Source of the DNA: Candidatus Magasanikiibacteriota bacterium
GTDB taxonomy: Bacteria > Patescibacteriota > Patescibacteriia > Magasanikbacterales > UBA922
DNA: 58,551 bases
Reading direction: 5' to 3'
Assembly: GCA_016207245.1 (NCBI GenBank)
Contig: JACQQA010000008.1
Span: forward strand, 1-58,551
Part shown: in pieces, positions 20,451-30,300 of the stretch
How positions within the stretch are numbered: position 1 is the first letter of the stretch
Layout of the letters: the number at the start of each line of letters is the position of its first letter
Position numbers and translations under genes: made by a program
The notes under the pieces: model-generated
What the model was told of the DNA's origin: nothing
What the model saw: the letters and a program-made list of their open reading frames with translations, nothing else
Database searches by the model: none

Positions 20451-21500
20451 ATGAACATTTTAGCGGAACTTCTAACTAACGAGCCAAAATACCGCCTCAA
20501 GCAAATTCAAAAGGCGTGGTTTGATTTGTCGGTAAATAATTATGAAGAGATTACCACACTGCCGGTTGAATTGCGGGAGAAATTAAAAAATCTGCCGTGG
20601 CTGGCGGTAAAAATGCACAAGATTTTAAAAAGCAAAATAGACAGCACGGAGAAAGCTTTGCTGGAATTAAGTGATGGAGAATTAATTGAAACTGTTTTGA
20701 TGAGTAGAGAGAGTCTAAAAGAAAATAAGGGATCGTCAGAGTGGCCGGTTGAGGAAAGACACACGATTTGTGTTTCTTCTCAAGTTGGTTGTGCCATGAA
20801 TTGTGTTTTTTGCGCCACGGGCAAGGTCGGATTCAAGAGAAATTTAACAACCGAGGAAATCGTGGATCAGTTTCGTTTTTGGCAGAGGCGGTTGAATGGA
20901 CGCATTTCCAACATCGTCGTTATGGGCCAAGGCGAGCCATTGTTGAATTATGACAACTTAAAAAATGCTTTGAATATTATCTTAAACAATACCGAAATCG
21001 GCCCGACAAAAATCACAGTTTCCACTTGCGGAATACCGGAGCAAATGGACAAATTATTGACGGATAAAGATTTTCCTCAAGTATGCTGGGCAATATCCTT
21101 GCATAGCGCGATTGAGCAAACCAGAAAAAAAATAATGCCGGTGCATCGTAAAGATTTTCTAAAATTTTTAGTTGATTGGTCGCAAAGGTATCACAAGTTA
21201 ATCCCCAGCCGGACACACTTCATTGGGCTGGAATATTTAATGCTGGCCGGAGTGAATGATAATGAAAAACACTTAAAAGCATTGGAAAAATTGGCAAACA
21301 AAATCCCGCGGGTTAAAATAAATTTGATTCCTTATAATGATACCAACAGCCAGGGGTTAAGCAAAACTTCTCAAGAAATGATTGAATACTGGCACGACTA
21401 TTTAATGAAGGCCGGTTTTGTCTGCACCATCCGCCATTCCCAAGGCCAAGACATTGCCGCGGCCTGCGGGCAGTTATGCAATAACTTTAATTATGATTAA
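20451..21500 (+). CDS. rlmN: 23S rRNA/tRNA m2A radical-SAM methyltransferase
   Basis: CVSSQVGCAMNCVFC, MGQGEP, DIAAACGQL. Confidence 0.94.
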   Translation: MNILAELLTNEPKYRLKQIQKAWFDLSVNNYEEITTLPVELREKLKNLPWLAVKMHKILKSKIDSTEKALLELSDGELIETVLMSRESLKENKGSSEWPVEERHTICVSSQVGCAMNCVFCATGKVGFKRNLTTEEIVDQFRFWQRRLNGRISNIVVMGQGEPLLNYDNLKNALNIILNNTEIGPTKITVSTCGIPEQMDKLLTDKDFPQVCWAISLHSAIEQTRKKIMPVHRKDFLKFLVDWSQRYHKLIPSRTHFIGLEYLMLAGVNDNEKHLKALEKLANKIPRVKINLIPYNDTNSQGLSKTSQEMIEYWHDYLMKAGFVCTIRHSQGQDIAAACGQLCNNFNYD

Positions 21501-22278
21501 GGCCACTAATCTCACAAAAAAATTTGGCGATTTTTTAGCAGTGGACGATGTCTCGTTTCAGGTTAAAAATGGGGAGATTTTCGCTTTTCTCGGTCCGAAT
21601 GGCGCCGGCAAGTCAACCACCATAAAAATGCTGACTACTTTGTTGAACCCAACCAGCGGCACGGTCGCTTTAAACGGCCATGATCCGGTTAATCATCCTG
21701 ACGAAACGCGGCGCTCGTTTGGCATCGTTTTTCAAGATCCGAGTTTGGACGATGATCTGACTGCTTGGGAAAATATGGAGATTCATGGAATACTCTATGA
21801 CGTGCCGAACGGTTTGAGAAAACGACGGAGCGAGGAATTACTCAAATTTGTTGAGTTGTGGGACCGCAAAGACAGCTTGGTGAAAGAATTTTCCGGCGGC
21901 ATGAAACGCCGTCTTGAAATCGCCCGAGGGCTTTTGCATCACCCGAAGATTATTTTCCTTGATGAACCAACAATCGGCCTTGATCCGCAGACCAGAAATC
22001 ATCTCTGGGCATATTTAAGAGAGCTGAACAAAAATGAAGGCACCACGATTTTTTTCACGACACATTACATGGAAGAGGCTGACCGCATCGCTCAACGCAT
22101 CGCGATTATTGACCATGGCAAAATTATCGCCGTTGGAACTTCCGAAGAATTAAGAAAACAAACCGATACGTCTTCGCTCGAAGACGCGTTTCTCGCTCTC
22201 ACCGGAAAAGTTATTCGCGATGAGGAGGCTAATGCCACGGATCGCCTAAGAACCATGCGGCGCGCGTGGAAAAAATAA
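21493..22278 (+). CDS. ABC exporter ATP-binding subunit (DrrA-like)
   Basis: GPNGAGKST, FSGGM, LDEPT. Confidence 0.93.
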   Translation: MIKATNLTKKFGDFLAVDDVSFQVKNGEIFAFLGPNGAGKSTTIKMLTTLLNPTSGTVALNGHDPVNHPDETRRSFGIVFQDPSLDDDLTAWENMEIHGILYDVPNGLRKRRSEELLKFVELWDRKDSLVKEFSGGMKRRLEIARGLLHHPKIIFLDEPTIGLDPQTRNHLWAYLRELNKNEGTTIFFTTHYMEEADRIAQRIAIIDHGKIIAVGTSEELRKQTDTSSLEDAFLALTGKVIRDEEANATDRLRTMRRAWKK

Positions 22279-22288
22279 TGGCGTTTTT

Positions 22289-23035
22289 ATGAAAAAAATT
22301 TATATACTTTGGCTAAGACAAATTAAAAAATACCTGCGTTCCAAGTCGCGCATGATAGGATCGCTTGCCCAGCCGTTGCTTTTTTTGCTCGCCCTTGGCT
22401 ATGGTTTGGGTTCCGTGTTCCAACAAGCCGGACAGGGGAATTATCTAAATTTTCTTTCGCCGGGCATCATCGGCATGAGTATTTTATTTACAGCTATTTT
22501 TTCCGGCATTGAATTGATTTGGGATCGTCAATTTGGTTTTTTAAAAGAGACACTGGTGTCGCCAATGTCTCGATTTAATATCATGATCGGAAGAACGCTT
22601 GGCGGCGCCACGGTCGCCACGGCGCAAGGCGTTGTCGTGATGCTCATCGCGCTGATTTTTGGCTTCCATCCGGCAAACTGGCTGATGGTTATTCCCGCGG
22701 TCGGGATTATGTTTTTGATGGCGCTTCTTTTCACTTCGCTCGGCACGATGATCGCTTCGTTGCTTGACGATATGCAAGGATTTCAGCTGATTATGAATTT
22801 TTTGATTATGCCGCTGTTTTTTCTCTCCGGCGCGCTTTTTCCGCTTCAAGGATTGCCAAAAGCGCTGGCGATTATAGCCAGAATTGATCCGCTTTCTTAT
22901 GGCATTGACGCGTTACGCGCCCTGCTTCTGAATGCCGGCCACTACGGCTTGGGGATGGACATTTTTATTCTCTCGTCCGTTACACTGATATTTTTGTGGC
23001 TGGGGAGTTATTTTTTTAAAAAGATACAAGTTTAA
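22289..23035 (+). CDS. ABC-2 permease (DrrB-like)
   Basis: WDRQFGFLKE, FLSGALFP, six TM helices. Confidence 0.92.
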   Translation: MKKIYILWLRQIKKYLRSKSRMIGSLAQPLLFLLALGYGLGSVFQQAGQGNYLNFLSPGIIGMSILFTAIFSGIELIWDRQFGFLKETLVSPMSRFNIMIGRTLGGATVATAQGVVVMLIALIFGFHPANWLMVIPAVGIMFLMALLFTSLGTMIASLLDDMQGFQLIMNFLIMPLFFLSGALFPLQGLPKALAIIARIDPLSYGIDALRALLLNAGHYGLGMDIFILSSVTLIFLWLGSYFFKKIQV

Positions 23036-23181
23036 TCAATTTTTTTAATGTCAATAAAACCAACTCTCTCGGGTTGGTTTTCCTGTAGATAAATACTGCG
23101 TCGGCTGTCAATGTGTTTTTTGTAATAACCGTGTTTGACTAAAACTCAAGTATTTGCTATAATTTTTGCACAAATTAAGGC

Positions 23182-23257
23182 GGGCCCGTAGCTTAGCTGG
23201 TATAGCGCCGCGTTTGCATCGCGGAGGTCAGCGGTTCGATCCCGCTCGGGTCCACCA
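23182..23257 (+). tRNA. tRNA-Ala (UGC)
   Basis: Cloverleaf, G3:U70, anticodon TGC, CCA. Confidence 0.95.
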
Positions 23258-23293
23258 GTTTACGGCGAATCCGTCGACTAGCGGAGAAGTCGA

Positions 23294-23365
<72 letters not shown>

Positions 23366-23441
23366 CTAGTAATTTAAGATTTCTGATTTAAGATTTGTGA
23401 TCGGCAACCATCCGCGGCCATTTTAAGTTTTAAATTACAAA

Positions 23442-23800
23442 ATGAATAGTGAAGAATTAAAAAAACGGACAAAAGATTTTGCTTTACGAATTTTAAAATT
23501 GGTAAATGCTCTACCAAAAACATAATTGGTTTGCCAATCGGAAACCAAATAATTCGTTCGGGAACATCTACCGCCGCCAACTATCGAGCCGCACTAAGAG
23601 CAAGGTCGACGTCGGAGTTTATTGCCAAACTGCGAATCGTAATTGAAGAAGCTGATGAGACAGTATTTTGGTTGGAAATTATTATTGAGGGCAACCTAAT
23701 GAAAAAGGAGCTTGTCGTGCCTTTGCTTCAAGAGGCCAACGAAATAGTAGCAATCATGGTTTCCACCTGTAAAACAACAACAAAAAATCTTACATCTTAA
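23442..23800 (+). pseudogene. Four-helix-bundle (TIGR02436/IVS-protein-like) gene with frameshift
   Basis: MNSEELKKRTKDFALRILKLVNALPK in one frame, NQIIRSGTSTAANYRAA..EEADETVFWLE in another; shift at ccaaaaac near 23515-23521. Confidence 0.85.
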
Positions 23801-23814
23801 ATCATAAATTATAT

Positions 23815-23887
23815 CGGGGCGTAGCTCAGTTGGTAGAGCGCCTGGTTTGGGACCAGGAGGCCGCAGGTTCAAGTCCTGTCACCCCGA
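23815..23887 (+). tRNA. tRNA-Pro (UGG), integration target
   Basis: Cloverleaf, anticodon TGG; ends in CAA rather than CCA because of the island. Confidence 0.94.
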
Positions 23888-24802
23888 CAATGTGAAACAA
23901 TCGGATTTTTCAAGAGAATAGAAATTATGGTCGGCCAAACGTACGGCGGCGTTTTCGGCGTAACCACCAACAATTTTAAAACCCCCCACCCACAACCACG
24001 ACACTTTTCTTCCCCCGAGACGGCGGTTCGTTCCGTGCTCTGCCACAAATGATTTTATTTCATTAAAATCATTCGACACCGCCAATTTTTTGGCTTGGTG
24101 AGCGGCTTTCCAGAATGTTCGCATAGGTTTGATCCATGAAATGCCTTTCCGTCCAAAATCCGATTTCTTCCGGTTGAAGTCGGTTTTTTGTTTAATGAGT
24201 TCTTCTTTTTTAACAAGATAGATTTCTTTTTCAATGGTTCCGTCTAAATAAGAGTCAACCAACTTATTTAATTTCTGATCATTTTCTTGGGTTTTGATTT
24301 CAAGATTTTGGACGAAAGAGGCATTGTTGTTTTTTAATTCTTTTTCCCACTGTTCAATTTGGGCAAGCCCTTGGCTATGCCAGTCATCGGAGATGGCGAC
24401 CGTTTGAAGATTGGTTTTTATTTGTTCGGCAAGTTCCTTTTCTTGCACATACTTTTGTGAGCACGGCCCAAGGCGTTTAGTACATCGGTAGTAGCGGTAA
24501 GTCCCACCATGACCATGTATATCCTGAAGGGAGTGTTTATCTAAATCTTGGAATGCTCGAACAACTTTTTTCCTACTTCCTGCTAGCGTGCGCTGATACC
24601 ATCCAGCTCTTTTATTATTATGGTAAGGATCAAATTCGTCACGCATGTTCTGTATAGTTTTTGGTTTTACGCTTAATATTTTACCGATACTCCTCGCGGC
24701 TTCATTAAAAGATGAATAGCCGAGATCGGCCACGGCTTCTCTATCAAAACGAGAGAGATAATAAGCGCTTATTAGCGCGAGTTTATTATTATCAGACATC
24801 AT
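23879..24802 (-). pseudogene. Chimeric ORF: N-terminus of restriction-nuclease-like protein fused to C-terminal zinc-ribbon/coiled-coil of a large serine recombinase
   Basis: YRYYRCTKRLGPCSQKY..E, LVDSYLDGTIEKEIY are recombinase-like; no catalytic resolvase domain. Confidence 0.7.
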
Positions 24803-24813
24803 AAAAAGGCGAC

Positions 24814-25617
24814 TTATTGTTCCATTATTTCCTCTGCAATTTTTTTAATTAATCCCTGTAGGCTTTGCCTATCAAGCGCTATTATTTTTTTTACACCGTA
24901 CACGAGATTGAGCTCTTTCGCCAATCTACGTATATTTTCGCGATTATCTGTAAATTTTTTGTTTTTATCCAAATAATCTAAAATAGAAATCAAAATCTTT
25001 GATGAGCGTCCCATGCCTCGCTCTAAAAGCGTTTGATAAATATCCTGAGTATACAGCAGCGTTTTAGTAAAATAATAAGGATCATCTTTTTTCATGCCAC
25101 CAAAAAATTCCGGGTCTTTTTCCCATGGCGCATATGTAAGATGCGCTGCCCACCAAAGACGAGCTAGGGAATGACGGCGAAGACCCTTTAAGTCCCCGCC
25201 CGTGCCAAACCAATGTTCAAGTACCTGATTTATCGCGGCTCTTAACTTTGTTGGGTCGTCCTTTAAATCATCATGGTTTTCTTTAATTCCCCATCGAGCA
25301 AGAGTATACTTTCTAAAAAGAACATGGCTTAAATAAACCCAAAAACGCGGATCAGACGCCTGCATTTCATCTATTTTAAAATATTCATGCAAGGCTATAG
25401 CGTTTTCCAAATCAGCAGAGGCTGGATCGCCTTTAGGAATCTTAAGTGTGGGAAGTTTTTCCTGTATCGCAATATTAGTAACGAGCAAATCTTTTTGCTT
25501 AACTTGGAATTGTTCTTCATAGTAACTTTTGAATGATTTGCTTGAACGTAAATCCGCCCGGAGCTGATCAACTGCGACGCTTCTAAAAATCTTCAAGTTG
25601 TTCTGTTTATTTTTCAT
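24814..25617 (-). CDS. DUF6339-like protein
   Basis: DLENAIALHE, ASDPRFWVYLSH, RHSLARLWW motifs (recalled family resemblance). Confidence 0.65.
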   Translation of the reverse strand: MKNKQNNLKIFRSVAVDQLRADLRSSKSFKSYYEEQFQVKQKDLLVTNIAIQEKLPTLKIPKGDPASADLENAIALHEYFKIDEMQASDPRFWVYLSHVLFRKYTLARWGIKENHDDLKDDPTKLRAAINQVLEHWFGTGGDLKGLRRHSLARLWWAAHLTYAPWEKDPEFFGGMKKDDPYYFTKTLLYTQDIYQTLLERGMGRSSKILISILDYLDKNKKFTDNRENIRRLAKELNLVYGVKKIIALDRQSLQGLIKKIAEEIMEQ

Positions 25618-26456
25618 ACTTCTTCGGTGTTATTAAAATTGAGAAGCGACAAAATACTTTCAAAATTCCTAGCCATTGGTGATTCTAGAATAATTTGTGC
25701 GGCTTCAAGGGGCGGTTTATGCGCCAACCCCTTGCTCTCTAAGATAGATTCAAGCCTGCCGAACCAATTCCGATCTGCATGATCGCTGTCTCTCCCATTA
25801 ACCTGATAAATAGCATCAGCAAGAACAGGTAGTACGATTGACGCATGAATTACTCCCTGAACTGCTTTTTCGCGCACGGTGTCGCAATAATTTTTATAAT
25901 CAGCTTTAGAAAGCTCGATGGTAATTTTATCCGAAGAGTAGTCTATCTCCATGGGACCGGTATGCCTTATCCCCTCTACTACAGCCACAAACGAAGATAG
26001 CGGTGGTCGCATTGGATCAAATTCTTTTTCTGCTATAAATGAGCAGTAGCCACCCATCGCCAGAACATCGCCATTTTCAATATCGAATTTTAACCCCTTG
26101 TAATCTGGATGGCAATCGCTTGGTTGATAATTAGCAATTTCTTCATTTGAACAAATATAGAATCCTACCGTAACTCGTTCTCTAAGAAGTTTAGATGGAA
26201 TTATAAATTTATCTGCTGTTTTTTGTGTAGAAAAGGCGTTGCGATAGAAAGTGCTTGCACATTCCGCCTCAACAATAAAAGAGGCCTTGCCCTTTTTAAT
26301 AAGCTCCTCTATGGCTTTGCTTTTTAAATCAAAAACACAAATAAGGGCGACATCCTGCTTAGATAATTCATACCGAAAATCTACGCTAAAAACTCCGCCT
26401 AGATCGTCTCCGTTCCCAAGCACAGGGTGGGGGTAAGATTTTAAATTAATTTTCAT
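25614..26456 (-). CDS. Conserved hypothetical protein (YPHPVL N-terminus)
   Basis: Overlaps both neighbouring genes; no catalytic motif recognised. Confidence 0.75.
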   Translation of the reverse strand: MKINLKSYPHPVLGNGDDLGGVFSVDFRYELSKQDVALICVFDLKSKAIEELIKKGKASFIVEAECASTFYRNAFSTQKTADKFIIPSKLLRERVTVGFYICSNEEIANYQPSDCHPDYKGLKFDIENGDVLAMGGYCSFIAEKEFDPMRPPLSSFVAVVEGIRHTGPMEIDYSSDKITIELSKADYKNYCDTVREKAVQGVIHASIVLPVLADAIYQVNGRDSDHADRNWFGRLESILESKGLAHKPPLEAAQIILESPMARNFESILSLLNFNNTEEV

Positions 26457-28320
26457 AGCTTTCAATTCCTAGGGCGTACTTCTTTTTTGAGCCAAGCTTA
26501 ACAGCAAGGCGGAGAGTTTCGCCACGTTTAATTTTAAGTCCGCCAATCAATGGCCCTTCAGACTGGTATATTTCTTTAGAATCAAGATTTCTGGCTGATA
26601 ATATTTCAGCTGGATAAGCGCTATCATCTCCTATTGTGATAATTTTAATTCCACCTTCGCAATCCTCGCGGCCAGCAATAGCAAAATGATACTCTAAATC
26701 GTCTTTTATTTTTTGAACAAAACTTCTAAAGTTTATGTTAGATGTTTTAATCCTAGACCCAGCCGTCTCTCCTTCTTCAGTACCGATTGGCTTACTATTC
26801 ATACCCCCACCGTTGCCAAAACCTCCTGGCGTTGTACCAGCTATAATCTTAGCTGATTGCTTATTTGTTACAATTCCTTTCCTAACTACCTTTTCTGTCT
26901 CAAGCGCCTCTGGTTCTTTGGTGGCACCAATCTGTCTCCAGGTTTCTTGTTCGCCAGAAAGATCGGTTTCCTCAACAGATTCAGTTTCTTGCCTATCGAC
27001 AGAATCCTTCTCGTCACTATCAGGCAAATACCTGTCTAATCCTGGGATATCCTGAGGTGGAATTGAGAACATAGCACTCATAGATTTTAAAGACTGCCTT
27101 ATAAACCCTTCTAATTCTCTAATTACAGTTGCACCATTTTCAGCGCGTTTTTCATCCCACTTATCATGTTCCGGAGGTTCCAAAGATCTAAGCAGACGGT
27201 TGCCTTTATCATCTTCACAGATAAAAACTCCGGCGTATTGCTCGCGAAGTACATGATTAGACTTATCAGTAACAAACATTTTTGGCTTTCTGGCCATCAT
27301 TATTCTACGAGGATAACCATCCTGCTTGCGCACATATAAAATGCATTTTCCTAAAAATTTTAATTCCTGTTCGAATGTTTGAGTAGAATTAACCACTGAG
27401 GCATAATAAGCTTTAGTTTCTTCTGGAGCATAGGTTTCTAAATCTTCCCGCAGGCTTTCTTTGTTAATAACTTTTGTGTCGCCATTCTTGAGCAGAACTT
27501 CAAGATCTCCGTGATGTATTGTTAGCCAAAAATTCTGGAGGACAGACTTGATTAGTTTTTCTTTCCAATCAGCGGTGGCATTATATCCCATTATAAAAAT
27601 ATCCGTGCCTCTCTCGCTTCTCCTAAAGAACGCTGGAATATTGCGTTGATTGCGTACTGCTTTATAGCCATCAATCCCATAAAATCCAGTTCTTTGCTTT
27701 ATATCGTTATCGCGGTCGATATGGCTTACGAGACGCGCCTTACCTTGAAAAACCGGCTCACCTTTTTCATTGATTGAAGAATAGAATACTGTATGAAGTG
27801 AGGACGCTGCAATCGGCGCTCCTTTTCCAATACCAAAAGAACCGCCACCAACACCCTTCATCGAGCTCATACCAGCCGCCCTAACAAGACGATACCAATT
27901 ACCCTCTATATCTTCATCAGAACCGGTAAGACCTCTGGTGTTAAAATCGCTTATTTTTAAAACGGTTAAATCTCGTGATTTTAAAAGATTTATAGCGTTA
28001 TTAAAAAATGGAACGGCTTTTTCATCATTCGGAGCAAACTTCAAACAGCGCTTCATTTTATCTGAAAGCATATCGTTTCCTGGAAGATCAGACGCTCGGA
28101 TTTTTAGCTCCTCAAATATGACTACTGCCGGTTTTGTATCATCCAACCGCGCGTCGACAGCATTCTGTATAGTTTCACGCGCGATATAACGTTCGTGGTC
28201 GCCTTCAAAATATTGAAGCTGCTCATCCGAAAAGCCGTGCGCTTCGCCATGATCCGTGCTTGGAAAAAACCACGTTAAGGCCGGCTTGGCATTTTTTGAT
28301 TTACGCGTTTTTTTTGCCAT
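26446..28320 (-). CDS. GHKL (HATPase_c/MORC-like) ATPase-domain protein
   Basis: RETIQNAVDA (N-box), ISDFNTRGL (G1), GSFGIGKG (G2), GTDIFI (G3). Confidence 0.78.
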   Translation of the reverse strand: MAKKTRKSKNAKPALTWFFPSTDHGEAHGFSDEQLQYFEGDHERYIARETIQNAVDARLDDTKPAVVIFEELKIRASDLPGNDMLSDKMKRCLKFAPNDEKAVPFFNNAINLLKSRDLTVLKISDFNTRGLTGSDEDIEGNWYRLVRAAGMSSMKGVGGGSFGIGKGAPIAASSLHTVFYSSINEKGEPVFQGKARLVSHIDRDNDIKQRTGFYGIDGYKAVRNQRNIPAFFRRSERGTDIFIMGYNATADWKEKLIKSVLQNFWLTIHHGDLEVLLKNGDTKVINKESLREDLETYAPEETKAYYASVVNSTQTFEQELKFLGKCILYVRKQDGYPRRIMMARKPKMFVTDKSNHVLREQYAGVFICEDDKGNRLLRSLEPPEHDKWDEKRAENGATVIRELEGFIRQSLKSMSAMFSIPPQDIPGLDRYLPDSDEKDSVDRQETESVEETDLSGEQETWRQIGATKEPEALETEKVVRKGIVTNKQSAKIIAGTTPGGFGNGGGMNSKPIGTEEGETAGSRIKTSNINFRSFVQKIKDDLEYHFAIAGREDCEGGIKIITIGDDSAYPAEILSARNLDSKEIYQSEGPLIGGLKIKRGETLRLAVKLGSKKKYALGIESYEN

Positions 28321-28328
28321 AGAAAAAA

Positions 28329-28544
28329 TTAAAGTTTGAATGCTCTATCACGGTTCGGAAAAGTGAATTTAGCTTTAACTTCACGGATTTTCTTTTCAAT
28401 TTCCGCAAAGATTTTATTAACCTCTTCTTCGCTGTAATCATAAGAACTGCGGTTAGAGCAATTACCGAGAATTTTTACTCGTCGTAATACTTCATTTGTA
28501 CGCCTTTCGGCTAGTCGTTTAAAATTGTCTTTCCGTTTTTCCAT
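28329..28544 (-). CDS. Small basic helical protein
   Basis: 71 aa, first gene after a consensus promoter. Confidence 0.75.
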   Translation of the reverse strand: MEKRKDNFKRLAERRTNEVLRRVKILGNCSNRSSYDYSEEEVNKIFAEIEKKIREVKAKFTFPNRDRAFKL

Positions 28545-28569
28545 ATATAAATAGATTATATTTAATGTA

Positions 28570-28598
28570 AATATAGCACACTATTATATAAATGTCAA
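28570..28598 (-). promoter_or_regulatory. Sigma70-like promoter of the effector operon
   Basis: TTGACA-17 bp-TATATT with TG on minus strand. Confidence 0.65.
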
Positions 28599-28622
28599 GT
28601 TCTGTACAAAAAGCTGCATTAT

Positions 28623-29048
28623 TTAAGATATTTTTCGTTTTGTTTTAGCCAAAAATATGGCTATGAGTTGGCACGTTTTATCTTTATCTTCGAGCACTTG
28701 GTGGCCCCAGATGTTCATAATTTTCCACCCACGACGCTTCAATGCGCGACAGTTTCGCTTATCTCTTTTTATATTAGATTCTATCTTTGCTATCCAATAT
28801 TTACGTGGAATCCTATTTCTCCAAATGCGGAATTTGTAGCCATGCCAAAAATCTCCATTTATGAACACGGCTTTCTTTTGAGAAGGCAACGCAATATCTG
28901 GTTTACCTGCCACTTTTGAATAATGTCGTTGGAAGTAGATGTTATGTTTCCGTAAATAAGAGAAGACCGTTCTTTCGATTCCGGTCTCCTTCGATTTAAT
29001 GCGCGACATTATTTCGCTTCTTTTCTTTTTTGAAAATACATCAGCCAT
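28623..29048 (-). CDS. vsr: Very short patch repair endonuclease
   Basis: MADVFSKKKRSEIMSRI, GKPDI, GDFWHG, YWIAKI..N..RD. Confidence 0.95.
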   Translation of the reverse strand: MADVFSKKKRSEIMSRIKSKETGIERTVFSYLRKHNIYFQRHYSKVAGKPDIALPSQKKAVFINGDFWHGYKFRIWRNRIPRKYWIAKIESNIKRDKRNCRALKRRGWKIMNIWGHQVLEDKDKTCQLIAIFLAKTKRKIS

Positions 29049-29052
29049 ATGT

Positions 29053-30018
29053 TTACGCTTCTAAAGCGGCGCGAATATTCTCTGCAACACGCGCAACAAC
29101 AGGAACGCTAACTGAATTACCGATTTGTTTATATAAATGAATATCTGACATTCCTTCAGGGAAGATGAAGGACTCTGGGATACCTTGTAGTCTTGCGCAC
29201 TCTCTTGGAGTCAACTTACGGATACCTTTTAGATCTCTAATGATTGGGACATTATGGCCTCCCATACCCATGCTTGCGGTTAAGGTAGGACAAGTTCCTT
29301 TGCGACTATTTTCCCGAACATAGACACGACGATATTGATAGAAACGATCTCTGAATTTTACTGCTTCTTTGAGTTTTGGATAGATAAATTTATCATCTGG
29401 CGTATAGTAATATTTAGGGTCAACAGTCTTCTCAAGAATATCCGACATTTTTCTGGTCAATTCTAGCGGATCAGGAAACCGAAATTTCATCAGCTTGCGC
29501 GGATCACGGAAAGCCACAATATAAATACGTTCGCGCGCCTGTGGGACATTGCCAAATTGCATGCTATTTAACACCTGCCCTTTAATATAATAACCAGCCT
29601 GGCGAAATTCGTCTTCAATTCTTTTGTAAGTCCGCTCATCATCATGATGTATTAGATGTTTAACATTTTCTAAAAATACTGCTACCGGTTTTCTTTTTTT
29701 TAAAATTTCAATCACCGCAAAGAGTAAATCACCCCTGCCTTTATCTGCAAACCCGCGTTTATATCCAGCAACAGAAAATGGCTGGCATGGAAACCCGCCC
29801 GTTAGAATATCAAATTTTTTTGGTATGCGCTTCATGCCCCTTTCACTAACAACATCAAATAGGCTCGCTACATCAATATCACCAAAATTAGCGCCATAGG
29901 TCAGCGCCGCCTTTTCATCTTTATCGTTGGCATAAATTGTTTCAAATCCGGCATTTTCAAATCCTATTCTGATTCCACCAATACCGGCAAACAAGTCTAT
30001 TGTCTTCAATTGTGCCAT
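29053..30018 (-). CDS. dcm: DNA (cytosine-5)-methyltransferase
   Basis: FAGIGG, GFPCQ, ENV, QARERIY, RECARLQG, YKQIGNSV. Confidence 0.96.
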   Translation of the reverse strand: MAQLKTIDLFAGIGGIRIGFENAGFETIYANDKDEKAALTYGANFGDIDVASLFDVVSERGMKRIPKKFDILTGGFPCQPFSVAGYKRGFADKGRGDLLFAVIEILKKRKPVAVFLENVKHLIHHDDERTYKRIEDEFRQAGYYIKGQVLNSMQFGNVPQARERIYIVAFRDPRKLMKFRFPDPLELTRKMSDILEKTVDPKYYYTPDDKFIYPKLKEAVKFRDRFYQYRRVYVRENSRKGTCPTLTASMGMGGHNVPIIRDLKGIRKLTPRECARLQGIPESFIFPEGMSDIHLYKQIGNSVSVPVVARVAENIRAALEA

Positions 30019-30300
30019 ATGATAGATTTATATCATTATTTTACACCATATCTGGTCTAAATAGAAGTCCTGAGTGGCGCGCCAGCAAAGCTGGCACGAA
30101 ACAACACCCCCTCGGCGAGAATGTGGGCGGGCGGCCACGGGCGGGCAAAAATTCCCTCCCCTTAAACCCCTTCCTTTTTGCCCGCGACAATTTGTGGGGT
30201 TGTAGGGGCAAAGCCCCTACACCATAACCCCCTAATAAATATTTTCAAAAAAGGTTCGTACGTCGTTCAGGATTTTCGACCAATCAAGACATTTCAAACA

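Larger units (their letters stand above)
23885..30280. mobile_element. Defective serine-recombinase integrative island at tRNA-Pro 3' end
   Basis: CGAC core at 23885-23888 and 30277-30280; removal restores tRNA CCA and joins it to the terminator at 30301; AT-richer cargo. Confidence 0.82.

Noticed and set aside
23442-23800. Four-helix-bundle gene as the Avd of the DGR remnant
   Set aside because: It is 15 kb away, and its motifs fit the TIGR02436 family rather than Avd.
30064-30072. aagtcctg match to the tRNA-Pro T-loop as attR
   Set aside because: Only 8 bp; the CGAC junction at 30277 explains CCA restoration, the terminator and the in-frame tail much better.
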